Positions 1 to 12,472 of a DNA stretch of 64,000 bases are shown in pieces. The translations under genes and the position numbers were made by a program. The DNA is from Lepidodermella squamata. Taxonomy: Eukaryota > Animalia > Gastrotricha. Location: assembly GCA_047495785.1 (NCBI GenBank), contig JBLDXI010000010.1:1426001-1490000 (forward strand). The letters are read 5' to 3'. A model generated the notes under the pieces. It was not told the origin of the DNA and ran no database searches. It worked only from the letters and a program-made list of their open reading frames with translations. Numbering within the stretch: the stretch's first letter is position 1; each line of letters starts with the position of its first letter.

Positions 1-3000
1 AGAGACATTGCAGTGTAATTTCCCCCGAATGGTCCACTGGTGTAGATTGGCTCTCGTGACATCTCCCCATTGACTTGATTAACAGATTTTGCATCATTCG
101 CAGCGTAGTCTGCCGTGAGAGGCCAGTAGGCGATCAAAGAAGGATATGCATCGAAAACACCAGAAATGTATGTGCGATTTATCGATTCTAGAAAGAAAGT
201 GAGCTACAATGGGTTTCATATTCCAATGACATACTTATATCACAACTAGGACCAGTCCATCCAGCATCGCAAGAACACACATTGTCCCCGACACAAATCC
301 CATTCCCGCAATTATTGCAATTACCTATGATAAGAGATAAGCTGAGAAAATAATGACATCAATAGAATGAATTTACGAGCGAAAAGTCGGCATATTCCTT
401 TCAACTTTATCAGCTCGTCGATAGTCAAGGCTTTGGAGTGAACTGATCCACAGGCTATTTCACCACCCCAAGTAATTTGATTCGGATTTACAAAGCTAGA
501 ATTAAAGTTTGAAATAAGACTTGACTGGCAGTGGCTATAACGCTAACCTGTAGCCAAGGTAAAGCTTTTGCGAGGTTATCGGGTTTGTCGCTGGACTATT
601 AGTTGTTGCTGAAAAGTACTCGCCACAATAATATTTCTGAACTTTGTTGACACTGTCGTAAGTGATCGCGACGAATACCCACGTTCGATTCAAGGCACAA
701 TTAGCAGGAGTGCCGCTCCAAGTTTCGGATCCCAAAAGTAACTGGCTGTTGACAACGTACCACAAGTACATAGCATAAGTCCCACTAAGGGCAGCAGGAT
801 TTGATGGGTGGTAAAATTCGTAAATCGGACTTGGCGCTTCTGTTGCGTTGACATAAGCCGCGAAGGTCCATGAGCCGTTGCCAACATTCAGAAGAGCCGA
901 ATTAAACGTTACGTACAGCTTAGGGGTCCCTGTTCCCGTTTGAATAGCAGTTGTAGAGTACCCAAATGGACCATCTGTGTACGTGATGAGGTTGTTGGGA
1001 AAGCCATTCAAAACATTCAAAGTGTCTGAAACGTTGTAGATGTAAGAAAACGGCCAGTAAGCAATGAGACCAGTTTGCGCGTTCAAATTTGAATTAATAT
1101 GAGTTTGATTGATTGGAACTATAATAGAGCTAATAAAGGAGAGATACAGTAGAAAGCAGGAACCTACGTGTATCACAAGTAAATCCTGTCCAGGGCGAGA
1201 CGCATTTGCAAATCCCAGCTCCAATACAAGTTCCGCCGTTTTTGCAGGTAAAACCACTACAATCGACAGAAAATAATCGGCACCAATTTTTTACCCGTAA
1301 CATCTCGGCCACCGTGAGGGCTGATTTGATAACTGATCCACACGCGAAACGACCATCAGCCATCACATTTCCATTATCCCTTGTGCCGAAGTAAATATTG
1401 GGAGCCGAGACAGGGGCGCCGCTCAACTTAAGGTCGGCCTTGAAGTCATCGCCGCAAAAAAGCTTGCCCGTTGTATTTGTGCTGTCGTAGACGATTCCAA
1501 TGAATTGCCAGTTGTTGTCCATAGCACAGTCATGAACTAAACCCGCATTGCCCGTATTCCACCAATGTCTGTTATCAGCAGCACCACTTGGCGTCCACTG
1601 CCACCAATGCATTCGCTCGCTTGAAGCGTCAAAAAAGCTCCAAAGTGGCATAGAGGCTCCAGAGTAAATGTACACCCACATTGAAAGAGTGAACGAAGAC
1701 GTGCCGAAATTGAACTGGGGAGAGCTGTAAGTCGCGAATCGATTTTGAGGTGAGCCGGGCCCAATTTCGACCGAAGTGGCTGATACACCAAAAGGACCGG
1801 TTTTAAATTTGTGAATCGCGTTTGTCGGCGTGCCATGAATCGCAAAGTTATCGCATGCATCTTTGTAGCCATACTCGGCCGACCAAGGCCAATAAGCCAC
1901 CAGGGATGGAATTGTTGCGAATTGCGCCCTTACGTAGTTAATATCGACCATGGCTTGAAATCGCTATGGTTAGTTTGGTCTCTTTAGCTTTGAATAATGC
2001 TTACTTGATCTGCATGAAATTCCAGTGTAGGGTGGTTTGCATTTGCAATATTTGTACCCCACGCAAGTCCCTCCATTCATGCAGCCTCCAGGGCAATAAA
2101 CTGTAATGCACGACCCAAATTCTATCTCATGAGTAATATTCACTTTTCTGACCTGAAAAGTACCGACAAGCATCTTTAACTTCAGTCAGCTGTTGCAATG
2201 TTAGCGCTGCTTTATGCATGGACACACATGCGATTTTCATATCTGACCACCACTCGATATAAGTTACACCAGCCATAGTGTTGTTAGGTCTGCAAAAGCA
2301 GGCGAAACTGTACTACTGCATTCTAAGTATACAGCATGCATACCTATATCCAATTGTTAGATTTGAAGTTGTCCCTGCGTAATTTAAGTGTTGTCTCGTA
2401 GCAACGAAATTAGAGCCGCAAAATATTTGCGATACATAGCCAGCAGCGACATTGAAAGTTACAGCAACAAATTGCCATTGTTGTGTAGTTTGACAGGCTG
2501 TAGTAATATCCGTTCCATAGGGATTCACTGGGTTGAAGAATAAGCTGTTTGTCGCCGGAATTTGAAAGAAATGCGCGCCGACGTCATTACCAGGCGTCGC
2601 GGTGAAATTGTTGAATTGAAATATAGGAAATTGACCCGTGGCCATATTGATGTAACCAGCCCAGGTCCATGATGAGTTGCCCAGAGCGAGCTGACTCGAC
2701 ACAACCGTTACATACCTGCCGGTTTTCATATATATCGCAGTGTTTGGGATCGTGAAAGGGCCTCTTGTGTAGATTGGGGCGGCAGGCGTTGAAATGCCAT
2801 CAATTTTATTCGTAGTTTTTGCATCTTTAACTGCAAAGTCTATTGAGAACGGCCAGTAAGCAATCAAACTCGGCAATTGATCGATAACGGACGAAATTAT
2901 CTGTTGATCGATTTTGGGAGCGGTAGCTAAGCAGAAGCAACAAAGCATAAACGATAACAGGGAACAAACCAATTGAAATTACATATCGAACAAGTATAGC

Positions 3001-3916
3001 CATAGTAAGACGAAGTGCAACTGCACCAGTTGTTCCCTGCACAGGTTCCACCATTGAGACAACTAACCGATGAGCAATTAGCTGAAATATCAGCAGTTAT
3101 TTGGTGTGCATTCAATGGAGCGAAATTTACTGGTGAAAAATCTGCATGAATCTTTCAAAAGCTTCATTTCATCCAGACTCAAAGCTTTCTTGTGAATTGA
3201 TCCGCAACTCGACCAGCCGCTGAAGGTTCCAATAGGGTTATCTCTTGAACAGAAGCTGAAATAACAGAAGCAGCTAAAAGTTGTGACTCAAACCTGTGCC
3301 CTACGTAGATTTTGTTTGAGTAAATCATTCGTGAACCAGGATTTGGCATGACCACAGTTGAGGAAAATTCGTCGTCGCAAAAAAGCTTCACAGTATTTGT
3401 TGCGCTATCATACACAATGCCGATGAATTTGTAGCTGCGAATATTGCAGGCCATTACAAACCACTCCGACCCAGTGGCTCCATTGACACCCAGAACCTTG
3501 TCAGCTGTTTGAGTTACGTAAAAGCCAGTGGTCGTCGACGGTGGTTCGAAGTCGTATTCGAAAATAGGCATTACAGCACTGCTCTCGCTGTCCATGTACT
3601 GAGCATACGTCCAAGACGAGCCGTCGCCAAAGTTTAGCTGGGCGTTATTGACTACGATCCATCTTGTGCTGCTGTATTGAAAACCCCCGTTAGCTTGTTC
3701 AAAGGCACCTGGACCCGCAACCATTGGAGGGACTGATACTGCCCCATCTATAGTGTTATGAGTCTTTGCATCTCCAAGCTGATAAGTTGAATCCCATGGC
3801 CAGTAAGCCAAGCAATAGGGCATAGAATTTAAGGCTGCGTATATCAAATCCTGATCGCATAGGGATGGATTTAACAGAAGTGGGACGATCAGAATAAGAC
3901 CAGCCAACTTGAACAT
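1..3916 (-). CDS. Paralog A (5' part; 3' end beyond left edge): multi-exon LamG/pentraxin-like + EGF repeat receptor
   Basis: ATG at 3916 followed by a signal peptide (MFKLAGLILIVPLLLNPSLC). Approximate exons 3916-3293, 3244-3131, 3081-2983, 2926-2344, 2289-2152, 2100-2005, 1953-1168, 1118-548, 495-377, 324-236, 187-<1 with GT-AG introns. Repeated AYWP...SWT...WxFVAxxYD..YC motifs alternate with CxNGGxC EGF units, collinear with paralogs B-F. Confidence 0.88.
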
Positions 3917-4513
3917 TCTCGGAGGCGGATATAAGCCAACTAAGTAAACTGAGTAAACTACGCCGCTACTTCTCTAAGTCAGTCGTCAATTATTAATACG
4001 TCGTCTAGTTGATGAATGGATATAGCCAACTGATAATTCGGCATTATTTGATCGATATCTAACCTTTTATTTACCTTGCTTTTGTCTAAATTTGTCAACG
4101 CCATGATGCATGAAAATAGCCCAATCGTGAAGCCAGCTTAGCAATATATTATTGTTCGATTGACTGATTGAATTGAAAAGTGCCATTCGCGCTTGAGGAC
4201 TTCTAACACTTTATGTCGTCGTAGTGGAATGATTCGAAAACTTGCACGGTTTAGAGTAACGTGATGTGAAATGTTGGTTCAAACCTGTATTCATAGGATT
4301 TCTTTTCCATGAATAAAGAGAATTACCGAAAATTTAATGTAATAAATGTACTTGTTCCAGGACATTTCTTTTTTTTTTATTTCTAATTGAGGCGGGATTT
4401 TTTCTAATCTAAACACTTGCCACATTTCAACACTCGGAATTAGCAAATGGTTCTGCTAAAAGTATCGAAAGTCTATTAAATGAACCCCTGAAGGTCATCG
4501 AGAATTATCGATT

Positions 4514-7500
4514 CTACGAACTGGTTTCATCAAGGCCCTCCGGAACGTCCATTTCCCCATCGACGTGAAGGGTATGCCTTGAGGTCGTCGACATAGGCCT
4601 TGGTTCTTCCAAAGGGTTTGCGATAACGCCATCCAGTTTCGCATTATTCAAGTAACCAGCTGCTGCTAGTCGTTCCTCCTCTTTTGTCTTTTCAATATTT
4701 TGCAGGAACTCTTCAGCCGCAAAACGATTCCTGACCTTGGCTCGAAGTTGCTTTAGCTCACGAGTTCGACTCTTGTCGCGAAAATACTTCGTCATATGGG
4801 CCCAGTTATGCCGCAGTTTTTTCAGATCTCTCGATAGCGTGACATAATCCAAGCATACGATGATTCCGATGAAGAACGCCAAAATGCCTAGAACTGTTGT
4901 CGCAGTTGCAACTGCGGTAGAAGATTCGTAAGTTTTTGGCTTCGCAGCAGCTTTGGCACTGGAGAGGAGTTTATTCAAACTGCAGTAAAGGGGCTGCTTG
5001 TCCCAAGTTGAATTTTCATTGCATCTCCAATAGGCATAAATGCTGGACTGATTAGGGCTCGGCTCATATCCTTGGTTCCAATCGCATTCAAACGCTACAA
5101 TGTCGTTATAAAGAATTGTGTCGATTTCGGATGAAGCGTTCAATATGCGATACGAAGATATTTCGAAGTTTTGCGGCATTTCGCAGCTTACATCTAAAAG
5201 CAACAAATTATATAGGCTTAGCCTGAAATTACAGAGTTATTACACAGGCAGGATAGGGTGTTTGTTGACCAATAACCAGATTCCAAACACATATTGACCA
5301 CTTGATGTACGGGAGTGCCCTCAGTCCCGGGTTGTATGTATAAACTAGCAGCCCCAACCACGCATTGCATCGTGTAAGTATCACCGTAATAATAAATTCC
5401 ACTTTTTCTGTCGATAATTACAGCATTTTGTTCTTCCGTCGGACTTCGACACGTGACACCTGAATAAATAGTGCAATAGCTCGATGAAAGTAACAGATTT
5501 GCATTGAGTTTACTTGAGCACCGCGGTTGGTCGATAGGAGTCCATGTTCCGTTTGCTTGGCAAGTTTTTGTGAAGTAGCTGATGGAGACATCAGGCTTGT
5601 AGCCAGGGTTGCAGCTGTAGGATGCAACACCTCCAGTTTGATTCACGGAGACGTTGAAGTAAGTGTTTATCCCAATAACAAGCGATTTGCATGGCGGAAC
5701 TGTGAATTATACCGTTTTCATGTAGAAGGTATAGGGAGTTAATATCGTAACTTACGGCCGCACTGTGGGATTCCGTCCATCCAGCTCCATCCTGTTGGGG
5801 CTGAGAAAGTACACTTTGCTTTGCCAGTAGTCGAACCGGTCATATTGAAACCCGAATTACAACTGTACTGGACAATATCGCTTTTGTAAAAATTAGGGTC
5901 ACTCGTGAAGTTGACGAAGTAAGCGTTGTAGAGTTCAGGTGGGTTTGGGCAAGGCGTGGTGAGACATTTAGGCCTCTTCGCATTGATCATGAGCCAATTA
6001 CCTGAGGTGTCATTTTTTGTGAAAGGGTCGCAAACATGCATCGCAGTGTCTCCTGGTGCCTCAGCTATAAATCCTTTGTCACAAACCATGATTGCTGATT
6101 GCATGTACCCTGCCAAGCCATTGAACGAAGATAAGGGACGAGCTGCGAGAGACCAATTCGAGTTCGGTGCCAGAGAGATTCCTAGAGGGATGCCCGAGCA
6201 GTTGTTCGCTGGGTTCAGTCTCCTGCCACATGTGTACGGGCAGGTATCTCTTGTTTCAGAACTTTTTTCGCAAAAACCCTGTGCAGCCATATCGCCACAT
6301 GTGCAGTTTTGATCTGAAGACAGTTCCGAGTCGACATCGCACTCACAAGTCGCCCATTTCGTGCAGCTTGCTTGGCAAGATGGCCACATGAAGCCAGGAT
6401 TGGAAAGGCAACTGCCCTGATCTCTCCAGGTCTGGCAGATCGGACCAATGTCGGTTTTCGGCTTCAAACATAGCGTTCGAGATGTGTATGGTGTGCACAC
6501 GTCCGGGGAGGAGCAGTAAAATCCTGTTCTGCATGTCGGCGTACACAAATCTGTCAGAAAAAGTACGAAATCATCAGACTTCTATGATCCTAATGTCAAC
6601 CTTACATTCATCGCATATTTGACCAGTGCGCGTAGCGGTGCATTGGCATTTATCAGGCCCGATACAAGTACCACCATTTATACAATCAGGGTTGCAAATC
6701 GCTAAAAGAAGGATTTTTAAAAGGATTGCAAAGAATTGAGCCCATTTTCTCACGTGTTTGACATCGAGATCCGGTCCAACCCGCAGCACATTGACATGTC
6801 CAGTCAGTCAAACAAGTAGCTCCATTTTGACATTGTGGTGTACAGATAGCTGCACAAAAATTGCTAATTAAATTTCGCAGAAGAACACAAGTTTAATGCC
6901 TACCATTCTCACAGATAGATCCAGTTCGGTTCGATGGGCATTGACACGTATTCGGATTTATGCACGTTCCTCCATTTGTACAGTTAGGATTGCAAACAGC
7001 TGATAAAAGATGAAAAATTATGTGTCGAAATGTATTCTTCGCTGCATTTGACTACTCACGTGTTTGGCATTTGGGGCCACGCCATTGCGAGGTACATTGG
7101 CACGTCCAATCTGTCAAGCAAGTCCCTCCATTTTGGCATTGGGGTGTGCAAATAGCTATAAATTCGACAATTGTATACTACGCTAGGCATTCCAGAAATT
7201 ATCTCACCGTTTTCACAAATGGAGCCAGTACGATTTGATGGGCAGGTGCATTGATTCGGCGCAGTGCATATGCCGCCATTCGTGCAATCAGGATTGCAAA
7301 CAGCTAAAAGGTAATAATATGTTTTTCGTGCATGCATTTTTTGTGAATCTCATAGATTTACGGATATCGCATCTAGCTCCGCGCCATTGAGACGTACATC
7401 CACAAGTCCAGTTGGTCAAACACGTGGCCCCATTCAGGCAATTCGGTGTGCAAATTGCTAGTACATTTGGATTGATCACCGTATGCTGGTTAAAACGTTA

Positions 7501-10500
7501 TTCATACCATTTTCACAGGCAAGTCCTGTTCGGTTAGACGGGCAGGAACAATTGTTGGGAGCTATGCATGTTCCTCCATATACGCATGCCGGCGAACAAA
7601 CAGCTGTAGAAAGAGTAATTCATCATAATTCTATGAGTTGGTGAGCCATACGTGTTTGGCACTGCGCTCCAGACCAAGTACTCGGGCATTGGCAGGTTCT
7701 GTCGAGCTTGCACGTACCTCCATTTTGACACTCAGGCGTGCAAACAGCTATGATTAAATCGGATAAAATAATATAGAATTTTTATTGGCAATTTACGTAT
7801 CGAACAATCCTGGCCTGTCCAAAGAGAGGTGCAGGCGCAGTAATCTGCTCCCGCACAAGAGCCGCCGTTCTTGCAAGTGACCGTGGGACAGCCGACGTAA
7901 AACATGCGGCAGAAGTCTTTAACTTTCAGCAGCTCAGCAAGAGTTAGCTCCCGTGAAAATACAGAGACGCATGCGAAGTCGGAATTTCCTTGAGATTGAG
8001 CATTCACCGTCACCCTTTATTATTTTGGTATTTTTGGGATTCAGTTACTTCGAAACTGGGAAAATTCCTACCTTCTACCAATGGCGAGCCAATCAGACGT
8101 TGGTGGTTGGTTAGCGTACGTTACGTTAGCAATAAGAGAGTCGTTGCAATACATTCTAAAGATTTTCGTCGTTGCGTTGTAAGCGACCGCAACAAACTGC
8201 CAGCGGTTAAGTATCATGCATGAGTTGTTAGTGTACGAATTGGTCATAGAATTGAACCACAGCACGTTGCTCTGCTGCGCCATCCATAGATGCGTTAAAA
8301 CTGTTGTATTCGGAACAGAAAATTCTAATAATGGAGTTTGGGGGGCAAGATAACACTTCGCCCAAAGCGCAAGCGTGAACGAGTTGCCGGGATTAACCCT
8401 CGAATCGCGGATCGAAACGAATCGATCTGTGCCAGATGTAGCCGGCGCCAATCGAACGGCTGTGTATGCCCCTCCGAAAGGTCCGGATGCATAAATCGGG
8501 TCCCTGGAGAACTCGCCATCGATTGGATTAGTCGACTTGGCGTCGCTCGCACCGTAGTCAGCCGAAAGTGGCCAGTACGCAAGAAGGCCAGAAAACGAAT
8601 TCAAGGTGGCCGAGATAAAAGTAGTTAATACGACCTCTGAAACCATTCAAATTATGTTTCGCAAGTAGTAGGCTCAGGTCTTACTTGTGTCGCAAGTTGG
8701 TCCTGTCATACCAGGTGGGCAAGCGCACACGTCATTGCCAACACATGTACCTCCGTTGCAGGAAATGGAACATTTCACTTATTTCACAGAGAGAATGAAA
8801 TTAAAAGATTTAGGAGGTTTAAAATTTAGGTATGATTACCAGCAAATAAACGGCAAATACCCTTCAATTCTATGACTTCATCCATCGACAGAGCTTTCGC
8901 GTGAACTGACGCACATGCGAACCTCCCATCCCAGTTTATTTGCGTTGGATGGACATAGCTAATAATTCAGCAATGAGAACTATTTTGCAATTTACTGTAA
9001 ATAATCAAGAGCTAACCTGAATCCGAGGTACAAAGTTGATGACATTAACGGGGCTGAAGTGGCTGTGTAAGTCGTTGAGCTGAATGTATCGTCACAGTAG
9101 TATCTCTGAACCTTCGTATTGCTGTCATACGTAACAGCGACGAACACCCATTTATTCATGACAGTGCACGCAGCAGCCAGCCCACTTGGAGAAGCAGTGC
9201 TCAGAAGCAGCTGATTATTGGCACTGTGCCACAGATATGTGGCGTATGTCCCGCTGCTAGCCGCGGGATTGGATGAATGCAAATATTCGAAAATTGGCTC
9301 GGGGGCCGAAACAGCATAAATATAGGCAGCCAACGTCCAGGAATTTGCATTCAAATTCAAATTTGACGACTGGAATGTTACATAGCAATTAGGAGTGCCC
9401 AAACCAGCTTGGATAGATGTATCAGAGTATCCGAATGGCCCGACAGCATAGGTTAAAATGTTCGACGGAGATGCAGAGATCGTGTAAACCTTGGCGATGT
9501 CAGTAGCTTGAAAGTCCTCCGACAAAGGCCAGTAAGCAACAATTCCGGTCTGAGATTGTATTGTAGCTGCGATGTAAGTGTTGTTGATCGGCACTGTCAA
9601 TAGAATAATGAAGACGTGGTAATGATATTTCGAAAGGTCAACTCACGCGAATCACACAAAGATCCTGTCCAAGGGGATGGGCATTTACAGATTCCAGCCC
9701 CGACACATGTTCCACCATTCTGGCAGGTAAATCCACTGCACGTTACTGAGAAGAATCGACACCAGTTTTTGACTTGATTCATTTCAGCGGTGGTCAGGGC
9801 TTTTTGAAATATCGAAGCACAGGCAAATTTAGCATCAGCAGGTTGGGTGAAGGCCCGGTTACCCAGAAGGAATGAATCGCTTGAAGACGGCGAACTTGGG
9901 ACATTGACGATAACCCCTTGTGTAAGAAACTGATCGCCGCAAAACAGCTGCTGTGTTCTTGTCGCGTTGTCATAGACAATGCCAATGTACTGCCAGTTAT
10001 TGACCATCGCACAAGAGCCCATGGAACCCCCTGAGCCAGCTCCATTGAACCAGAGCATGTTCGCAGCATTGTACATCCAAAAGTGCATCATCGCAGTTCC
10101 AGATACGTGAAACTCAATTAACGGCATTGAACTTCCGCTGTTGACATTCACCCATACTCCGATGGTGAATGAATTTGAGCCCATTGATAGAGCGGCTGAA
10201 GTGAATGTTCCATAACGTGGCTGCGGCGTTCCAGTACCAGCTTCATATGAGGTACTGGCCACTCCGAAAGGGCCAGCCTGAAATTTGTGGACAGAAGTCG
10301 AAAGTACACCATTAATTCCAGCCAAGGTGGCATCTTTCAATTCATAGTCAACAGACAGCGGCCAATAAGCTATAAGTGACGGGAACAAGGCGAATTGAGA
10401 TCTCACGTAAGAAATATCGACCATTGCTATGACAATTGATACGTTTGATAAGTTTGATTAATTCAAGTCAAGATAAATTTACTTGATCTACACGCGTTTC

Positions 10501-12472
10501 CTGTATATGGCGGCGTACATTTGCAGATATTGTAGCCAATGCAAGTTCCGCCATTCAAACATCCCAGTGGGCAGTTTGCTGCGACGATAACAATATTATA
10601 AGTAAGCTCATACATGGGGACAGGGGATCTAGGGCCTAGATCTATCATCCCCATCCCTTATTGTATGGGATGAGGAATTAGCTTAGATGAAAACAAACAG
10701 TTCCACTCGGGAATTTACCTGAAAATAACTTGCAGGTATCGCGCACATCTATTAACTGAGCGGCCGTGAGAGCAGCAGAGTGAAAGGAAACACAAGCCAT
10801 TTTCACATCTGAGAACGACTCGCCGGCAGGGCTCCCAAAGAGCTTGGATGGGGCTCTGAAAACAATACATCTTAAAATTAGGAATAAGAATAGGTTATGA
10901 GTGTTATACCGATAACCTAGAGACAGCCAAGCACTCGTGGCGGGATAGTTTCCTAGTGTCTGCGTTGCTCCGAAATTCGATCCGCAAAATAAACGCAGCG
11001 TTTGAGATGTTGAAGTTTTTGTGTAAACATATGCGACGAATTGCCACTCTTGAGACAGCTGGCACGACTCAGTGTAACCTCCTGTATGAGGGTTCATCGG
11101 AGTGTAGTAAACTACGTCGGCTGAGTTTTGAAATGCGTGAAAGCCCATCGTAGTCGTGGGGTCAGTGAAATTGTTGAATGCGAAAAACGGCAGGAGTGCA
11201 ACAGTCACAAAATTGACGTAACCAGCCAAGGTCCAAGACGATGCGCCCATCGCTAGTTGGGTTGACATTATAGAGATCAATTTTCCCGAGTTGATATATG
11301 AAGCAGTGCCCGGTGTGAGAAAAGGTCCTATTGCGTAAACAGGAGTTGCCGGGGTCGAAACGCCATCGATTTTATTTGATGGTTTTGCGTCTCTCGCTGC
11401 GTAATTGCTTGTCAGAGGCCAGTAGCCGACAAGGTTTGGCATAGTTGCTAATCGGGCTTCAATGTAACTCGTATCGATTGAAGCTGAATAGGCTGAAATG
11501 AAGATGAGGAAAAGGTCCTTGGCTGTGGTTACCAAAAGTGCTTACTTTGGCTGCAAGTAGAGCCATAGTAAGGCGCCGGGCATTTACAGATATTATAGCC
11601 AGCACAAACTCCGCCATTTACGCAGGAAACACTCGGACATGAGGCTGATGGTAAGAGAAAATGTCAATTTGTTAATGCAGTAAAAACGGTGACAGCGATA
11701 GTATTTGAGGAATCAACTTACTGTAAAAGGCTCTGCACGCCTCCCTGACTTCGATCATCTCGTCTAAAGTGAGCGCACTTTTGTAGAACGAGCCACACGT
11801 TACTCTTCCTGTAGCTGTAGCTGTACTAGTAGTGCCCGGTGAATCTCTTCGGCCGTTGTAGATTTTATTAGTGAAAATCATCTGAGTCGCAGGGATTGGA
11901 ACCGCAGAGCCTGCTGAAAATGAGTCAAGGCAGAACAGTTTGATGGTGTTAGCATCTTTGTCGTAAACGATGCCGATAAAAACGTATTCAGCCATGTTGC
12001 AATACATGGTTACCCATTCGGAGCCGGTTCCGCCATTAACACCAATTATATGGGTTCCAGTTTGCATGTAGTAGAATCCGTAAGTCGCAGGCGCAGGTGG
12101 GTCGTCCCATTCCAAGAACGGCATGTTATACCGATCATCTGTATCTCGAAACTCAGTGTAAGTCCACGATGAACCGTCTCCGAAATTCAGCTGAGCACTA
12201 TTGATGACTAACCATGAACTGCTTGAAAATCCAAAACCAGCGTTATTTTGCTGAAATGCACCCTTTTGATTTGCTGTCAGTGATCCAGACGAGGCAGTGC
12301 TGGTGATTTTGTTGTGATTTTTGGCATCGTTGCCTAGGTAAGTACTGTCCCACGGCCAATAAGCTAAGCAGTAAGGCAGCGATGTTAGAGTAGCAAAGAC
12401 AACGTCAGTCTCAGCCGCTACAACGCTTGAGAAGACGAGCAACACAACGATCACTATTAACCTTCTTTCCAT
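4514..12472 (-). CDS. Paralog B, complete: SP-5x(LamG-like+EGF)-8xEGF-2xShKT-5xSushi-TM-cytoplasmic tail receptor, about 23 exons, about 2,200 aa
   Basis: ATG at 12472 (MERRLIVIVVLLVFSSVVA). Approximate exons 12472-11721, 11644-11546, 11492-10909, 10856-10719, 10578-10483, 10427-9647, 9593-9016, 8958-8840, 8777-8685, 8636-8072, 8014-7797, eight 96-nt EGF exons in 7747-6605, then 6550-5755 (ShKT motif CQTWRDQGSCLSNPGFMWPSCQASC plus Sushi), 5699-5514, 5459-5244, 5193-4514 (Sushi, TM VLGILAFFIGIIVCL, tail, stop). AATAAA on the minus strand near 4376-4381. Confidence 0.9.

Noticed and set aside
6605-7747. Regularly spaced repeats of about 150 bp period resembling a CRISPR array or satellite
   Set aside because: They are 96-nt EGF exons separated by short introns; not identical repeats and no cas genes.
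4514-12472. Naming the genes SVEP1/polydom, selectin, Notch or Crumbs
   Set aside because: They share domain types, but the order differs (no vWA, C-type lectin, LNR or ankyrin seen; ShKT present), so no symbol was assigned.
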